From: the human T2T-CHM13v2.0 reference genome, Homo sapiens
Direction: 5' to 3' (one strand)
Assembly (NCBI RefSeq): GCF_009914755.1
Contig: NC_060926.1
Length of the DNA: 64,000 bases
Numbering within the stretch: the first letter of the stretch is position 1; each line of letters begins with the position of its first letter. The notes below the pieces were generated by a model. It was not told the DNA's origin. It made no database searches and worked only from the letters and a program-made list of their open reading frames with translations. Shown piece after piece: positions 1-15,665 of this stretch. A program made the translations under genes and the position numbers.

Positions 1-122
1 ATCATCAGTATCTAGTGCTACATGATTTTACAAGGATGTGGGCCAACTTGCAGCCTCATTAATGCTTAATTATAACTATATTTCTGTCCAGAATTCTTGT
101 TAACCCTGTGAGGACAGCTTCA
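1..122 (-). mobile_element. 5' end of an ERV1-class (MER4-group-like) LTR, cut by the window edge
   Basis: Minus strand begins TGAAGCTGTCCTCACAGGGTTAACAAGAATTCTGGACAG, a TG-start LTR-like head; subfamily not assigned. Confidence 0.45.
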
Positions 123-560
123 ATATAGATAAATTTCATTCTTTATGGCTATGTGGTATCCAATAAGACAAATGTACTTTGATTTACTTAACCATTCAAT
201 ATTAACAGATATTAAGGTTATTTCCAATCTTCAGCTATTTTAAACCATGCTACTGTATGTCCTTGGAGGAGCATTTCCTTATTTTAGTTTCCAAGGCCGA
301 GCATTTGAAACCATCTGTCAAATTACACACCCATAAATTGTGTACGAACAGAGTAGTTTCCCTTATCGCCATTGCTCGATCTTATTTATTTTCATTGTTG
401 CCAATTGGAAAAACCAATAGTATCTCCTAATTTTTTAAATTTTCATTTCTTTGATTATTCATGATTTAGAATTTTTTGTATTTTTTGGTCACTTGTTCTT
501 ATTCTGTGAAATGCCTATTTGTATCATTTGCTTTCTCTCGCTTATGATTTGTCTATTTCT
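123..560 (-). mobile_element. Old L1M fragment
   Basis: T-rich degraded L1 3' motifs (ttgccaatt..., tttcatttctttgatta..., tctgtgaaatgcctattt). Confidence 0.55.
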
Positions 561-580
561 TAATGATTTGTAGGATTCTC

Positions 581-904
581 TTTTTTTTTTTTTTTTTTTT
601 TTTGGAGACAGAGTCTCATTCTGTCGCCCAGGCTAGAGTGCAGTGTCTCTATCTCGGCTCACTGCAACCGCCACCTCCTGGGTTCAAGCGATTCTCCTGC
701 CTCAGCCTCCTGAGTAGCTGGGATTACAGGTGCCCGCTACCAGGCCTGGCTATTTTTTTTTTTTTTTTTTTTTTTTGTATTTTTAGTAGAGACGGGGTTT
801 CACCATGTTGGCCAGGCTGGTCTCAAAATCCTGACCTCAGGTGATCCGCCCGCCTTCGCCTCCCAAAGTGTTGGGATTACAGGTGTGAGCCACGGTGCCT
901 GGCC
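581..904 (-). mobile_element. AluS, full length, expanded middle A-tract
   Basis: Alu consensus on minus strand; TSD tgtaggattct on both sides. Confidence 0.95.
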
Positions 905-1267
905 TGTAGGATTCTTTATATAGAACATCATTAATGTGTTATCTGCCCTTTAGCTCTGTTTCTGGAACTGCTGTTTGCCTGACTTTGGATCAGTGCTCAC
1001 CCCTATAACTTTGCAACCTACTTCTGGTCTTCACTTTTCCTTGCCCTCAACTCAGTTTTCCCAACTCTCCCCTCTTGGACCTATTTGGGGCACTCCTTGT
1101 GAATTCCCAGTCTTGATCTTACCCTTGTATTTTTCTCACTGAGAACTGTGAAGAGGGAAAGAGTGGGATTACAGAAGGTAGAGATGAAAGTACCAGGAAG
1201 GTGGTGAAGGTAGAGATTTGTAATATCTATACCATTGCTCATGTGACTTCCTTTTTTTATGTGCTTC

Positions 1268-1510
1268 AAAGATGGCACTTTGTTGTGGTGTCCTCACATG
1301 GCAGAAGAGACGAACACTGTGCCCTCATATGATGGAATGGGCAAGAAAGCTTTCTCAAGCCTCTTTTATAAGGGCACTAAATCTAGTTTATGAGGGGAAA
1401 CCCTCATGACTTAATCACTTCCCAAAAGCCCCATATCCTATTACTATCACATTGAGTATTAGGTTCCAACATATGAATATTGAGGGGACACCAACATTTA
1501 GACTGTAGCA
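1268..1510 (-). mobile_element. MaLR LTR fragment (MLT1A/MSTD-like)
   Basis: tcctcacatggcagaag ... ccctcatgacttaatcacttcccaaa ... acatttagactgtagca terminus. Confidence 0.7.
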
Positions 1511-1699
1511 GACTCCTTCCTGGAGGCACAGCCTAGAATCTGCATACAATCCCTTCCAATATTTTTGCAAGCACTTAATTCCTTAGATTATGTTCCATTT
1601 CATGTATTACCATTTACTAGTAAAGTCACCTCAATTATCTGCAAAGTAAGTCCTGATTAATTCATCCCAATTAATTCATAAAACATAGTAAGAATTTTG

Positions 1700-2600
1700 G
1701 ATTTTATTTAGTGAAAGGATGGAAGCTTCTCTGAGGAAGCAATGCTTGAGCTGATTTCTAAAAGATATATATATGTTAATTAGTGAAATGAAAGGGGGAG
1801 AATATTCCTGGCAGAGGACTTAGTGTAGACACTGTTGTTTAGGAGGGAACTTGGAGAGAGAAAAAATGGCTGTAAGAAGCCTGTGTGGCTGGAGCATAGA
1901 GAGTGAAAGGGAGGGAGGCACCAAATGAGGATGGACAATAGGAAGAATGGGAAAGTAATAAGGGAGGAGGTAATAATTTGATCAGATTTGCATTTTGAAA
2001 ATATTACTCTAGCTTTGGTGGAAAAGGAGATTGGATAGGGTCCAGAGATGATGAAGATACATCAGTGTGTTGGAGCCTCCCAAAAAATACATGAGAAGAT
2101 TTTGGATTAGCAGCTCACTAGCAGGTGATGAAAGAAGTGGATGGTTGAGGGATTTTGATAAGACTTGGCGATGGGGCCAGGCACGTTGGCTCACACCTAT
2201 AATCCCAGCACTTTGGGAGGCCGAGGCGGGGTATCACCTGAGGTCAGGAGTTCAAGACCAGCCTGGGCAAAATGGTGAAACCCCATCTCTACTAAAAACA
2301 CAAAAATTAGCTGGGCACGGTGGCACGTGCCTGTAATCTCAGCTACTCAAGAGGCTGAGGCAGGAGAATCACTTGAGCCCAGGAGGCAGAGGTTGCAGTG
2401 AGCCAAGATTTTGCCATTGCACTCCAGCCTGGGTGACAGAGTGAGACTCCATCTCAAAAAAAAGAGACTTGTTGATGGACTGGAGATGGGGGTGAGAAAG
2501 AAGCAAGTGTTCAGGATAACTCCTCGGGGTCTAGTTTGCCAGTTGTATGGAGAGCAGTGACATTCACTGAGACAGAAAACCCTTGGAGAGCGCAGGGTTG
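1700..2600 (+). mobile_element. L2 fragment interrupted by an Alu
   Basis: Purine-rich L2-type motifs (ttgagctg..., gtgtggctggagca, atcagatttgcatttt). Confidence 0.55.
2175..2463 (+). mobile_element. AluSx
   Basis: Alu consensus; TSD agacttggcgatgg / agacttgttgatgg. Confidence 0.95.
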
Positions 2601-2795
2601 CTTAGAAAGGAATTTGGGGCTTAAATAACTAATAATTCCGGGGGGTAATTTTGGGATTTACCTCAGGAATAACTGGCTCCAAGGGCTCAAAAAATTACAG
2701 TAGAATACACTATATCTGTCTGTCCCTAGGACAGGCTCTCTCCCCATGTGGCAGAGACTATTGCCACCAAATGTCCAAGACATGTTCTCTCTCGC

Positions 2796-2930
2796 CTTTT
2801 TTTTCTTTTCTGTAGGGTTGAGGTCTTACTATAGTGCCCAGGCTGATCTTGAACTCCTGACCTCAAGTGATCCTTCTGCCATGGCCTCCTAAAGTATTGG
2901 GATTACAGGTGTGAGCCACTGCACCCAACT
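2796..2930 (-). mobile_element. Alu left monomer (FLAM/AluJ)
   Basis: Monomer only; TSD aagacatgttct. Confidence 0.85.
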
Positions 2931-3650
2931 AAGACATGTTCTAACAGCTTGGTAACCCTAGTGCACAGCAGAAAAGTTCAAGGTTTGCATTCTGATTGGC
3001 CTGGCTTGGATCCCATTCCCACCCCCAAACCAATCAGTGTAGCCAGAGAAAGATGGTGTACTTGACTGATCAGGCCTGGATTATGCGTTCAGCCCTTTAA
3101 TGGTAGGAAGAGGAAGTTTGGGAAGGTCAGTCCTAGATGAATCTTATGGAAATTATTTTCCAAAGTAGAAAAGTAGATGGGGATGCTAGACAGGCCATAG
3201 CAACTGTTGGCAAGACCACTGATAATCTTCTACCACTCAATGTTAAGCTCCTTGAAGGCAGGAGCCATGTCTCACTTAATAGCTTCAATGCCAAAAATAG
3301 TACCTAATATTTAATAAGTGTTCAATAAATATTTGCTGAATGAATACATAAGGAATAAATAAATATCATAGGCAAAGTTTCAGAGGTCACAAAGTTGGAA
3401 CAAGTAATGTAGAGAGTAGCAGTGGGAAATATGACTGAGGTATAGGTTAAGGCCGTATAGTAGGAATGCTTAAAAGGAATTTGTGGATTACTATGTAGAC
3501 GGGAGGGAACCACTAAAGGGAGATAATAGGATCAGAGCTAAACATTAAGAAGACTAAACCAGTAGAAAGGTCTGGAATGATTTGGTGGTAGGACCCCAAC
3601 AAATAGGAAGATCTTTCTAATAGAAGGCTATGGCAATTATTTGGTTAGAG

Positions 3651-3865
3651 CAGTAGCTCTCAACTGGGGATTAAGATTTTTTTCCTCAGGGGATATTTGG
3701 CAATGTCTGGGGATATATTTGATTTTCACAACTGAGGGGGGTGCAATTATCAGTGGGTAGAGGTCAAAGATGCTGTTAAACATCCTACAATGCATGGAAC
3801 AGCTTCTCACAATAAAGAATGATCTTGTCCAAAATATCTATTGCACTCTACTTGGGAAAACCCTG
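3651..3865. mobile_element. MER20 (hAT-Charlie DNA transposon)
   Basis: cagtagctctcaactgggg ... ggggatatttggcaatgtctgg ... gatgctgttaaacatcctacaatgca ... aaaccctg. Confidence 0.8.
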
Positions 3866-4081
3866 GGTTAGAGGTAATTAGAGTAGATAACAGGAAGTGA
3901 AAGAATGGAGCAAACCTGCATGGCACCATGGAAGTAGAACACACAGAATTTTGAAAACATATAGGGCAGAGAGAAGGCAGGATTAAAAAGAAAATTCTAA
4001 GGGTTAGAGCTGATAACTGAGAAGATGATGGTGTCACGAACAGAAACAGAGAAATTAGAAGGAGAATCAAATCTTAAGGGG

Positions 4082-4345
4082 GGCCAGGTGTGATGGCTCA
4101 TGCCTGTAATCCCAGAACATTGGGAGGCCAAGGCAGGCAGATCACTTGAGGTCAGGAGTTCAACACCAGCCTGGCCAACATGGCAAAACCATATCTCTAC
4201 TAAATATACAAAAATTATCCTGGTGTGGTGGCACGTGCCCATTCTCCCAGCTACTCGGAAGGCAGAGGTTGCAGTAAGCTGAGACGGTGCCACTGCACTC
4301 CACCCTGGGTGACAGGGTGAGAGTCCATCTTAAAAAGAAAAAAAT
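4082..4345 (+). mobile_element. AluS with an internal right-arm deletion
   Basis: Alu consensus; TSD aaatcttaaggg. Confidence 0.9.
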
Positions 4346-5304
4346 CTTAAGGGAGGATGACGAATTTGTTTTAAGATGGCAACTGGATACCCTAGCGCAT
4401 ATCCAGAGGCAGTTGAAAATGTACTTGCAAAGCCTAGCAAGAGCTTAACACCAGAGATACAGATTTTAGGAGACATTGGCATTGAGTTATTGGATAAGGA
4501 AAGGGGAGCATATGAGAGGCTGAGAAAGAGCAAAGAGGAGAAGAGGTCTGAGAACAGACTTGTGAAACACTGGGCAAGAAATGCAAAGATCTGTCAGTCA
4601 GTGTAAGGCAGTGATGTTTATAAAATCATATTGTTTTTCAGAATAATTATTTGCTTCAGTGATTAATTTTTCCCCACAAATTTTTCATACTAATTAGACT
4701 ACCTGGAAGTGAGTCTTTCCTAACTGTTCCTAAAGTCTTGTTAAATCCATATCAAAGAGCCTCTTGTTCTCTTGTTTTTAAATCACGGTTTTATTAAATC
4801 CTCAAATCCTCTTATAAATCTCAAACATATTTTCAAGCTTGGCTCAATGGAACAGTGTTTTTAAAGCATTCTTTTCCTTTTTTTTCTGTGACCATCTTTA
4901 GTATTTAAGAATTGTTTCAAAATTATTTTTAAGGTCGACCCTCTGCAAAATTGGGAAGTAGGTTATTTGATTTCGGAGCATAACAAGCCTGAGGCTTTTT
5001 ACCTCTCCATAAAGGAAGGGAGTGTGAGCATGAGAGTTTCTATCTCAGCTCTGCCACCAGTAAGCTATGTGACCTTTGGTAATTTTTTCTCTCTCTCTCT
5101 GTTTTTTACAGCTTTTAATTGAATAATACCACACCTACAAAAAAAATCACAAGCTTTGTAAGAGAATGACATAAACATTTAATGTGGTAGTTTCCCATCA
5201 CTGTGTAATTCATTGCTTGTCTCTTCAGTGTAAATTCCAAGGCGCAATTCAGAAGCATGACAGATTTTCACAAACTTTCCAAAGTATTTTTTGTTTTGTT
5301 TTCT

Positions 5305-5897
<593 letters not shown>

Positions 5898-6243
5898 CTT
5901 CCAAATTTTTTATTTTGAAAAATGCCAAATCTATAAAAAGTTGAAAACAATAATACAACGAGTACTGATATACCATTCACCTAGACTCACCTATCATTAA
6001 CTTTTATAGCATTTGCTTATCTATCTGCCTCTAACTATCTGTATTTTTTTGTTAAATCACTTGAAAGTAAGTTAAAGATATCATGAAACTTTACCCCTAA
6101 GCACCGAGTATATATCTCCTAAGAATTAGAACATTTTACTATATAACCACAATATTATTATCTCACACAAAAAAATTGTGCGTTAATAAAGTAGTATTAT
6201 CTAATATGTATTCAAAAATTTTAAATTGTTCCCCAGATAAGTT

Positions 6244-6554
6244 TTATTTATTTATTTATTTTTATTTTTTGAGACAGAGTCTCACGCTGTTGCCCAGGCT
6301 GGAGTGCAGTGGTGTGATCTTTGCTCACTGCAACCTCAGCCTCCTGGGTTCAAGTGATTCTTCTGCCTCAGCCTCCTGAGTAGCTGGGATTATAGGATGC
6401 GTGCCACCACGTCCAGCTAATTTTTGTATTTTTAGTAGAGACAGGGTTTCTGCCATGTTGGCCAGGCTGGTCTTGACCTCCTGATCTCAAGTGATCTGCC
6501 TGCCTTGGCTTCCCAAAGTGCTGGAATTACAGATGTGAGCCACTGTGCCCTGCC
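6244..6554 (-). mobile_element. AluS
   Basis: Alu consensus with (TTTA)n tail. Confidence 0.95.
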
Positions 6555-6723
6555 ATGAAGGCACCATCTTTGAAGCAGAGAGCAGCCCTTATTAGACACC
6601 AAATTTGCTGGCACCTTGATCTTGGACTTCCCAGCCTCTAGAACTGTGAGTAACAAATTTCTGTTGTTTATAAACTACCCAGTCTAAGGTATTTTATTAT
6701 AGCATCAGAAATGGACTAAGACA
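6555..6723 (+). mobile_element. MaLR LTR 3' half (MLT1A/MSTD-like)
   Basis: caccttgatcttggacttcccagcctctagaactgtgag ... ggactaagaca terminus. Confidence 0.8.
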
Positions 6724-6757
6724 CTTGAGTGTGTTTGTTAATGTAATAGCTATGGTA

Positions 6758-6891
6758 GGCCAGACATGGTGGCTCATTCTTGTAATCTCAGCACTTAGGG
6801 AGACCAAGGGAGGAGGACTGCTTGAGCCCAGGAGTTCAATTCCAGCCTGGGCAACATAGCAAGACCCCGTCTCTACAAAAATAAAAATAAA
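6758..6891 (+). mobile_element. Alu left monomer (FLAM/AluJ)
   Basis: Monomer ending in an A-rich tract. Confidence 0.85.
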
Positions 6892-7235
6892 TCCCCACTT
6901 GGAGTTATCTGCAGTGCTGTTAAGGGACTGCAGATGCTAGAGGAGTTGCAGTCACCCTACATTCCCAGGCAGATGTTCTCTACTCTCTTTGCCTTCTTTG
7001 ACCTCACTGCTGCAAACTTCCACTTGTATTAAACATATTTATTGAATATATGTTGAGGAGTGCTACAACATTTTACTTGAATATATGTTGATGAATGCTA
7101 CATTTCACTGTGGCCTCAATTCACTCCTCTGCAAGATAACTTCAGTAATTTAGAAGCATTATCACTAGTTTTGTAATGTTTCTTTAGAAATGTTAAAGGC
7201 ATCTATAGGTAGTCACTGAATTGTGAAGAGTATGA

Positions 7236-7636
<401 letters not shown>

Positions 7637-8136
7637 TGAAAACTAAGCCATTATACCCAGTTACTCCAAGATAACAAAAGTCATTGGGTCTCTTTCAAAC
7701 ATGAAGGGGTCTACTTCAGATTTCCAGAAGTATGTGTGCCCAGGAGAAAAGTGACACAGGTTTGGTGAGTAGTCAAAGGGCTATAAAAGGTTTGATAAAT
7801 CCCCACTTGGGGTTTTTCCTGGAACAAATGAACAAAAAGCAATATTTAAATATTTAAAAGGTCTTCCTGACTGCTGTGTTACAAGGAAACCTACTGAGGC
7901 CTAAACTGAAGTGAAAGCAGGAATCTTAAGAGGTAAAGTGAGTACCAAAGATGGCTTAGTCCTAAGGTTTCTGAAGAACTGTGGAGAACTTGAACTTCTA
8001 CTCTGAAGGCTGCACAGCGTTTGGGGGACAGAGGATAATACCTAGGGCCTACCCAAGTAGAGAGTCTACTACAGGATCCCCATAAAGCTGAGAACTCCCT
8101 GCCCCAAATCCCAGAGAGAAATAGACTTACCACTTA

Positions 8137-8452
<316 letters not shown>

Positions 8453-8616
8453 GTGGTGAACAGCAAACAATTTGCTTATCTTGAACTTGACTCTGGGTAA
8501 GGAGAACAAGATAGAAAAATTCCCCCGTGGGCATTTGCTACCACAGACTGGCCTCCAAGTGGATTTTTAGTCCAATAGCATGCTCCCTATGAGGTTTGAA
8601 AACCTAAAATGATCAT

Positions 8617-9033
8617 TTATATGGTTTGGCTCTGTGTCCCTACCCAAATCTCATCTCAAATTATAATCCCTATGTGTCAGGGGAGGCAGCTGGTGGGAAG
8701 TAATTGGATCATGGTGGCAGATTTCCCCCATGCTGTTCTTATGATAGTAAGTTCTCATGAGATCTGATGGTTTAAAAGTGTGGCACTCCCCACCCCTGCC
8801 CCCACCACCTCCTGCCACCATGTAAGATGTGCCTTGCTTCCCCTCCTGCCATGACTATAAGTTTCCTGAGGCCTCCCCAGCCACGTGGAACTGCGAGTCA
8901 ACTAAACCTCTTTTTTTATAAATTACCCAGTCTCAGGTCTGCCATATTCTCAGGTCTGAGACTGGGTAATTTATAAAGAAAAGAGGTTTAATTGACTCAC
9001 AGCTGTATAGCAATGTGAAAACAGACTAATAGA
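8617..9033 (+). mobile_element. Solo MSTA-type MaLR LTR containing an internal inverted duplication
   Basis: atatggtttggctctgtgtccc...ccaaatctcatct head, gactaata tail, 5-bp flanks atcat/gtcat. Confidence 0.85.
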
Positions 9034-9144
9034 GTCATATAACTTGAAGTGGTCCCAGGCTGGTAGTTCCTTCAGTAAATAGGCAAGAGGATTGCAATTT
9101 CAACCTGGACCTCAAAGAAATCCTGCCAATAAAATGCTAAGGCT

Positions 9145-9449
<305 letters not shown>

Positions 9450-9546
9450 GCTACAGCCAGTGATTCAGCTCACAGTGAAAGATCTAATGACACAAGGAAA
9501 TAAGGCACTCAAAGCCAAGAAATAGCCAAAACTAAAGAGCAAAATC

Positions 9547-9876
9547 GGCTGGGCTAGGTGGCTCATGCCTGTAATCCCAGCACTTTGGGAGGCCAAGGCA
9601 GGTGGATCACCTGAGGTCTGGGGTTCGAGACCAGCCTGGCCAACATGGTGAAACCCCATCTCTACTAAAAGTACAAAAATTAGCCGGGCGTAGTGGCAGG
9701 TGCCTGTAATCCCAGCTACTTGGGAGACTGAGGCAGGAGAATCTCTTGAACCTGGGGGGCGGAGATTGCAGTGAGCCATTGCACTCCAGGCTGGGCAACA
9801 AGAGAGCGAAACTCCGTCTCAAAAAAACAAAAAAAAAAACAAAAAAACAAAAAACAAAACAAACAAACAAAAAAAC
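9547..9876 (+). mobile_element. AluSq-like with (A)nC tail
   Basis: Alu consensus; TSD agcaaaatc. Confidence 0.95.
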
Positions 9877-11460
9877 ACTAAACAGCAAAATCAAATCTGC
9901 AAAGACTTCAGATGTTGAAATTGTCAGATCCGACATCAAATTACTGTTTTGTATATTTAAAGAAATAAAAGGGTGTTTCAAAATATGAGCAAGGAACAAA
10001 AGACTATAAAAATAGTTAAGCCAATATGATAAAGAGCCAAAGAGAATTTCTAGAGATGAAAATTTTAATCATTGAAATTGAAAACTCAATAGATGGATTA
10101 AGCCTCAGAATAGAAACAGCTGAGAAGAGAATTTGTAGAAGAGTCCAGTCCAGGGTTATAGTCACATAACTCCAGTTTTGTCCAGGGCAGTTTCAAAATT
10201 CCAAATGTGTTCAAAGCTAAATCTTCTCTGATTCTCCAGCTCAGGGCTGCCTCAAGCATCAGAGCCAGAGGTAGGAGAGGCAGCCTTGTCAGCCACTCCT
10301 CTCCTCCCATACCACCTCCTGAACTTGCTAACTGCTGTTTCTGACCTCTCCACCCTGTACCAGTGGGGAAAGGGGATTAGGGGAAAAGGCAAACAGTCTT
10401 TTATACCTAGTGCAGTGTCCTCTGGCATCAGTGCCCTCTGGGAATGGAAAATGCCCAAAGCTGACTCTCTCTCCCAGGTCACCCCTCTCTCCCCACCTAC
10501 CCTGACTGCAGTTCCCTGATGCAGACAACACTTCTCTGGCTGTCAGCTTTTGATGACTTCCTCAATTTGGGCTTCTGGTGGTTCCTTCACTCCTTGAGGA
10601 GCGAGGAGGCAAGATTCCTCTTCAGTTCATCCCAGGTGCAATGGTTTGAATGTCTCTTCCAACATTCATGTTGAAATGTAATTGCCATTAATCCAGATTA
10701 GGTCATGGACTAATGCCATTATCACAGGAGTGGATTAGTTATTATAGGCTTGCAGGCTCCCTTTTCTCTCTGTCTCTTGCACTCTCTTGCTCTTCCACCT
10801 TCTGACAAGCGATAATGCAGCAAGAAGACCTTGACCAGATGCAGCCCCTCAGTCTTGGACTTCCCAGCCTCTAGAACCATGAGCCAAATAAATCTCCTTC
10901 CCTGATACATTACCCAGTCTGTGGTATTCTGTTATAGCTGTGGAAAACAGACTACAAAAATTGGTACCAAGAAGTGGAGCTGTTGCTATAACAAATGCTT
11001 GAAAATTTGGAAGTGTCTTTGGAACTGGATGATGAGTAGAGGCTTGAAGAATTTGGAGGAACAGGCTAGAAAAAGCCTGGATTGCTGTGAATGGAGCATA
11101 AAGGGAGATTCTGATGAGGACTCAGGAGAAGAGCTGTAGGGAAAACTCTTTGAGATTAATCGATGGCTGTGATCAGAACGTTGGTAGAAATATGAATGGT
11201 AAAGCCCATTTTGATGAGGTCTCAGGCGGAAATGAGGAAGAAGGTGATGGAAACTGAAGTAAAGGCCATTCTTGTTACGCAGTTACAAAAATTTGGCAAA
11301 ATTGTGTTAGTGTCCAAGAACTTTATGGAATGCAGATCTTAAGAGCAATGAACTAGGATATCTGGCAGGAAAAAATATCTGAACAGCAAAGCATCTGGGC
11401 TGCTATGTGTCTACTTTTAGTCACATACAGTGAGATGCAAGAGGAAAGACATTAACTTAA

Positions 11461-11771
<311 letters not shown>

Positions 11772-12782
11772 TAAAAGCGAAGCAGAATAGAAAAATTTGG
11801 AAAATTTGCAGGCTGGTCATGTAGAGAGTGAAAAGGCATTTTTTAGGAGAGCAAACCAATGCTGTGGCCAAGCAACCATTTGCTAAAGAGCTTACTGTAG
11901 ATAGAAGGGAGCCAGGTGCTAGTTACCAAAACAGTGGGAAAAATACCCTGAAGGCATCTCAGAGAGTTACAAGGCTGCCCCTTACAGCACAGGCCCAGAG
12001 CTGTAGGAGGTTTCAGGGGATAGGCCTGGGACACCTTCCGCAAGCTCCTTCCCACGGCTGCCACAGGTCTCTGATCCCAATAGCCTTCCTCAGCTGCCCC
12101 AGCTACGGCTCAAGTGGGCCCAGGTGTGGCTCCACCCACTGCTTCAGAGTCTATAACTGGTAAGCCTTGACAGCATCCACATGCTGCTCATTCAACAGAT
12201 GCATAGAATGCAAGAGTTATAAGGGCATAGCTTCCTCCACCTAGATTCCAAAGGATGTCATGGACAGTCTGTGGGTCCAGGCAGAGACTTGTCATAGGGC
12301 TGAGCCACCGCAGAGTCCCCACTAGAGTAATGCCTAGTGGAGCTGTGGGAGCAGGACCACCAATGAGGCCCCAGAACTGTAGAGCTACAAATGTACAATG
12401 CCAGCCTGAGAGAGTCACGAGCACAAGACTTCAACCTGTGAGACCTGCTGAGTGGACTGAGCCCACGAAAGCCACAGGGGTGGGGCTGCCTGAGGTCTTG
12501 AGGGCCAACCCACACATCAGTGTGTCCAGAATATGGGACATGAAGTCAAAGGAGATTATTCTTTGAGACTTAATGTTGTTTTTTTCTGATGGGTTTTGTA
12601 CTTGCTTAGGACCAGTTAACCCTCCTTTTTTGTCTATTTCTTCCCTCTAGAACGGGAATGTGTATTTTATGTGTGTCGCACCATTGTATTTTGGAAAAAG
12701 ATAATGTTGTGATTTCCCAGGCTCACAGCTGGAGGGAATTTGCCTCAGAATGAATTGTGCCTTGAGTCTCATTCATATCTAA

Positions 12783-13092
12783 TTTATTTCATTTTATTTA
12801 TTTATTTATTGAGACAGGGTTTCACTCTTGTCACCCAGGTTGCAGTGCAATGGTGCCATCTCAGCTCATTGCAACCTCTACCTCCCATGCTCAAGCAATT
12901 GTCCTGCCTCAGCTCCTGCATACCTGGGACTACAGGTGCACGCCACCACACCCAGCTAATTTTTGTATTTTTCGTAGAGACAGGGTTTCACCATGTTGCC
13001 CAGGTTGGTCTCACACTCCTGAGCTCAAGTGATGCACTTGCCTCAGCCTCCCAAAGTGCTGGGATTACAGGTGTAAGCCACCACACCTGGCT
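12783..13092 (-). mobile_element. AluJ/S inside MST-int
   Basis: Alu consensus; TSD tcattcatatctaattt / tcattcacatctaattt. Confidence 0.95.
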
Positions 13093-13615
13093 TTCATTCA
13101 CATCTAATTTAGATGAGACTCTTTGGAATTTTGAGTTGATGCTGAAATTAGTTAAGACTTCTGGGACTTTGGTGATAGAATGAAAGTGTTTTGTTTATAA
13201 GAAGGACACGAAGTTTGAGGGGCCGGGGGAGTGCTATGGTTTACATGTCTCCTCCAAAACTCATGTTGAAACATTTTCTTCCAATTACCCGGTTTCGGGT
13301 ACTCATGTTGAAATTTAATTGCCAGTGTAACAGTGTTGAAAGGTGGGAACTTCAACAGGCGTTAGTCCTCATGAGTTGATTAATGCAGATGACAGTAGTG
13401 GGCTCGTTATCACAGGAGTTTGGCTCCCTTTCTGTGTCTCATGAACTCTCTTGCCCTTTCACCTTCTGCCAGGGGATAAAATGGCAAGACCCTCCCCAGA
13501 TGTGGCCTCTCCACCTCAGACTTCCCAGCCTCCAGAACCGTGAGCCAAATAAATCTTTTTTCTTTATAAATCACTCAATGTGGTATTATATTATAGCAAC
13601 AGACAACAAACTGAG

Positions 13616-13920
13616 GCTGGGTGTGGTGGCTCACGCCTGTAATCCCAGTACTTCAGGAGGCCGAAGCAGGCGAATCACTTGAGATAAGTAGTTTGAGACC
13701 AGCCTGGCCAACATGGTGAAACCCCATCTCTACTGAAAATACAAAAAGTAGCCAGGCATGGTGGCACATGCCTGTAATCCCAGCTACTCGGGAGGCTGAG
13801 ACAGGAGAATCGCTTGATCTGGGAGGTGGAGCTTGCAGTCAGCAGAGATTGGACCACTGTACTCCAGCCTGGGCGAAGAGTAAGACTGTCTCAAAAACAA
13901 CAACAACAACAACAACAAAA
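13616..13920 (+). mobile_element. AluS with (CAA)n tail inside 3' LTR end
   Basis: Alu consensus. Confidence 0.95.
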
Positions 13921-13999
13921 CAGAGACATCCAGCACTTTTTGTGGATTCCACTTTGTTCCCTGGGAATATTTTCCTTTACCCACTATAAATGAAAGTCC

Positions 14000-14219
14000 A
14001 CCAGCCTGGCCAACATGGTGAAACCCTGTCTCTACTAAAAATACAAAAATTAGTTGGGCGTGGTGGCAGGTGCCTGTAGTCTCCATTACTCAGGAGGCTA
14101 AGGCGGAAGAATTGCTTGAACCTTGGAGGCAGAGGTTGTAGTCAGCTGAGATCATACCACTGCACTACAAGCTGGGTGACAGTGAGACTCTGTCTCAAAA
14201 AACAAAAAAAGAAAAGAAA
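14000..14219 (+). mobile_element. 5'-truncated AluS
   Basis: Starts at accagcctggcc; TSD gaaagtcca. Confidence 0.9.
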
Positions 14220-14942
14220 GTCCAGTTTACACCCAATGTGACCTTGCGAACAGGTGAACCTTTGGCCATTTTTTCTACCTTCATACTTGGCAAGGATCAG
14301 ACCCAAGTCTTTCTTCCTGAAACTCCAGGGGACAAATTCTGGGAGGTCTCCTTGAGGCACCTTTCCTTTGGCGTGAGGTGAGGAGAGGAGGCACCTTTCT
14401 CCCTGCCCGCATGTGAAAGTCAGGGGAGGAGAAAGCACTTTCTAAAGAAATCCTCACTCTCGCTCTTTCTACCTCAACCTCCTCATACTTTGAAGGTCAA
14501 TGATGGGTTCATGAAAGCCAGAAGTGTGTTTATGATCTTAATAGGTCCAGAGTGACTGTGGGAGTACTAGTCCCCAATGGATTGGTCTCAGCTTTTGGGG
14601 CCTGACTAAAACAGAGAGAGAAATGCCATTTGAGCATATGGTTCCATTGGATTTTATCCCAAGTAATCAAAATCATTATGTTTTTAAAAGAAGTAGAAAA
14701 ATGCAAATAAGATGTCTCCATTTCTTTGAAGTCAAAAATTCAAAGCTAAAAATGCAAACCACAGAGGAAGAGAAGATATTTACAATGCATATTACAAAGA
14801 GCTTATGTTCAGAATACATAAAGAATTCCTATAAACCAGTAGAAAAATGGGCAAAATCTTGAATAGGCTCTTCACAAAAGAGGATAGTCAAATGACCAAT
14901 GAACATAAAAATGTACTCAAACTCATTAGAAATCAGGGAAAA

Positions 14943-15665
<723 letters not shown>

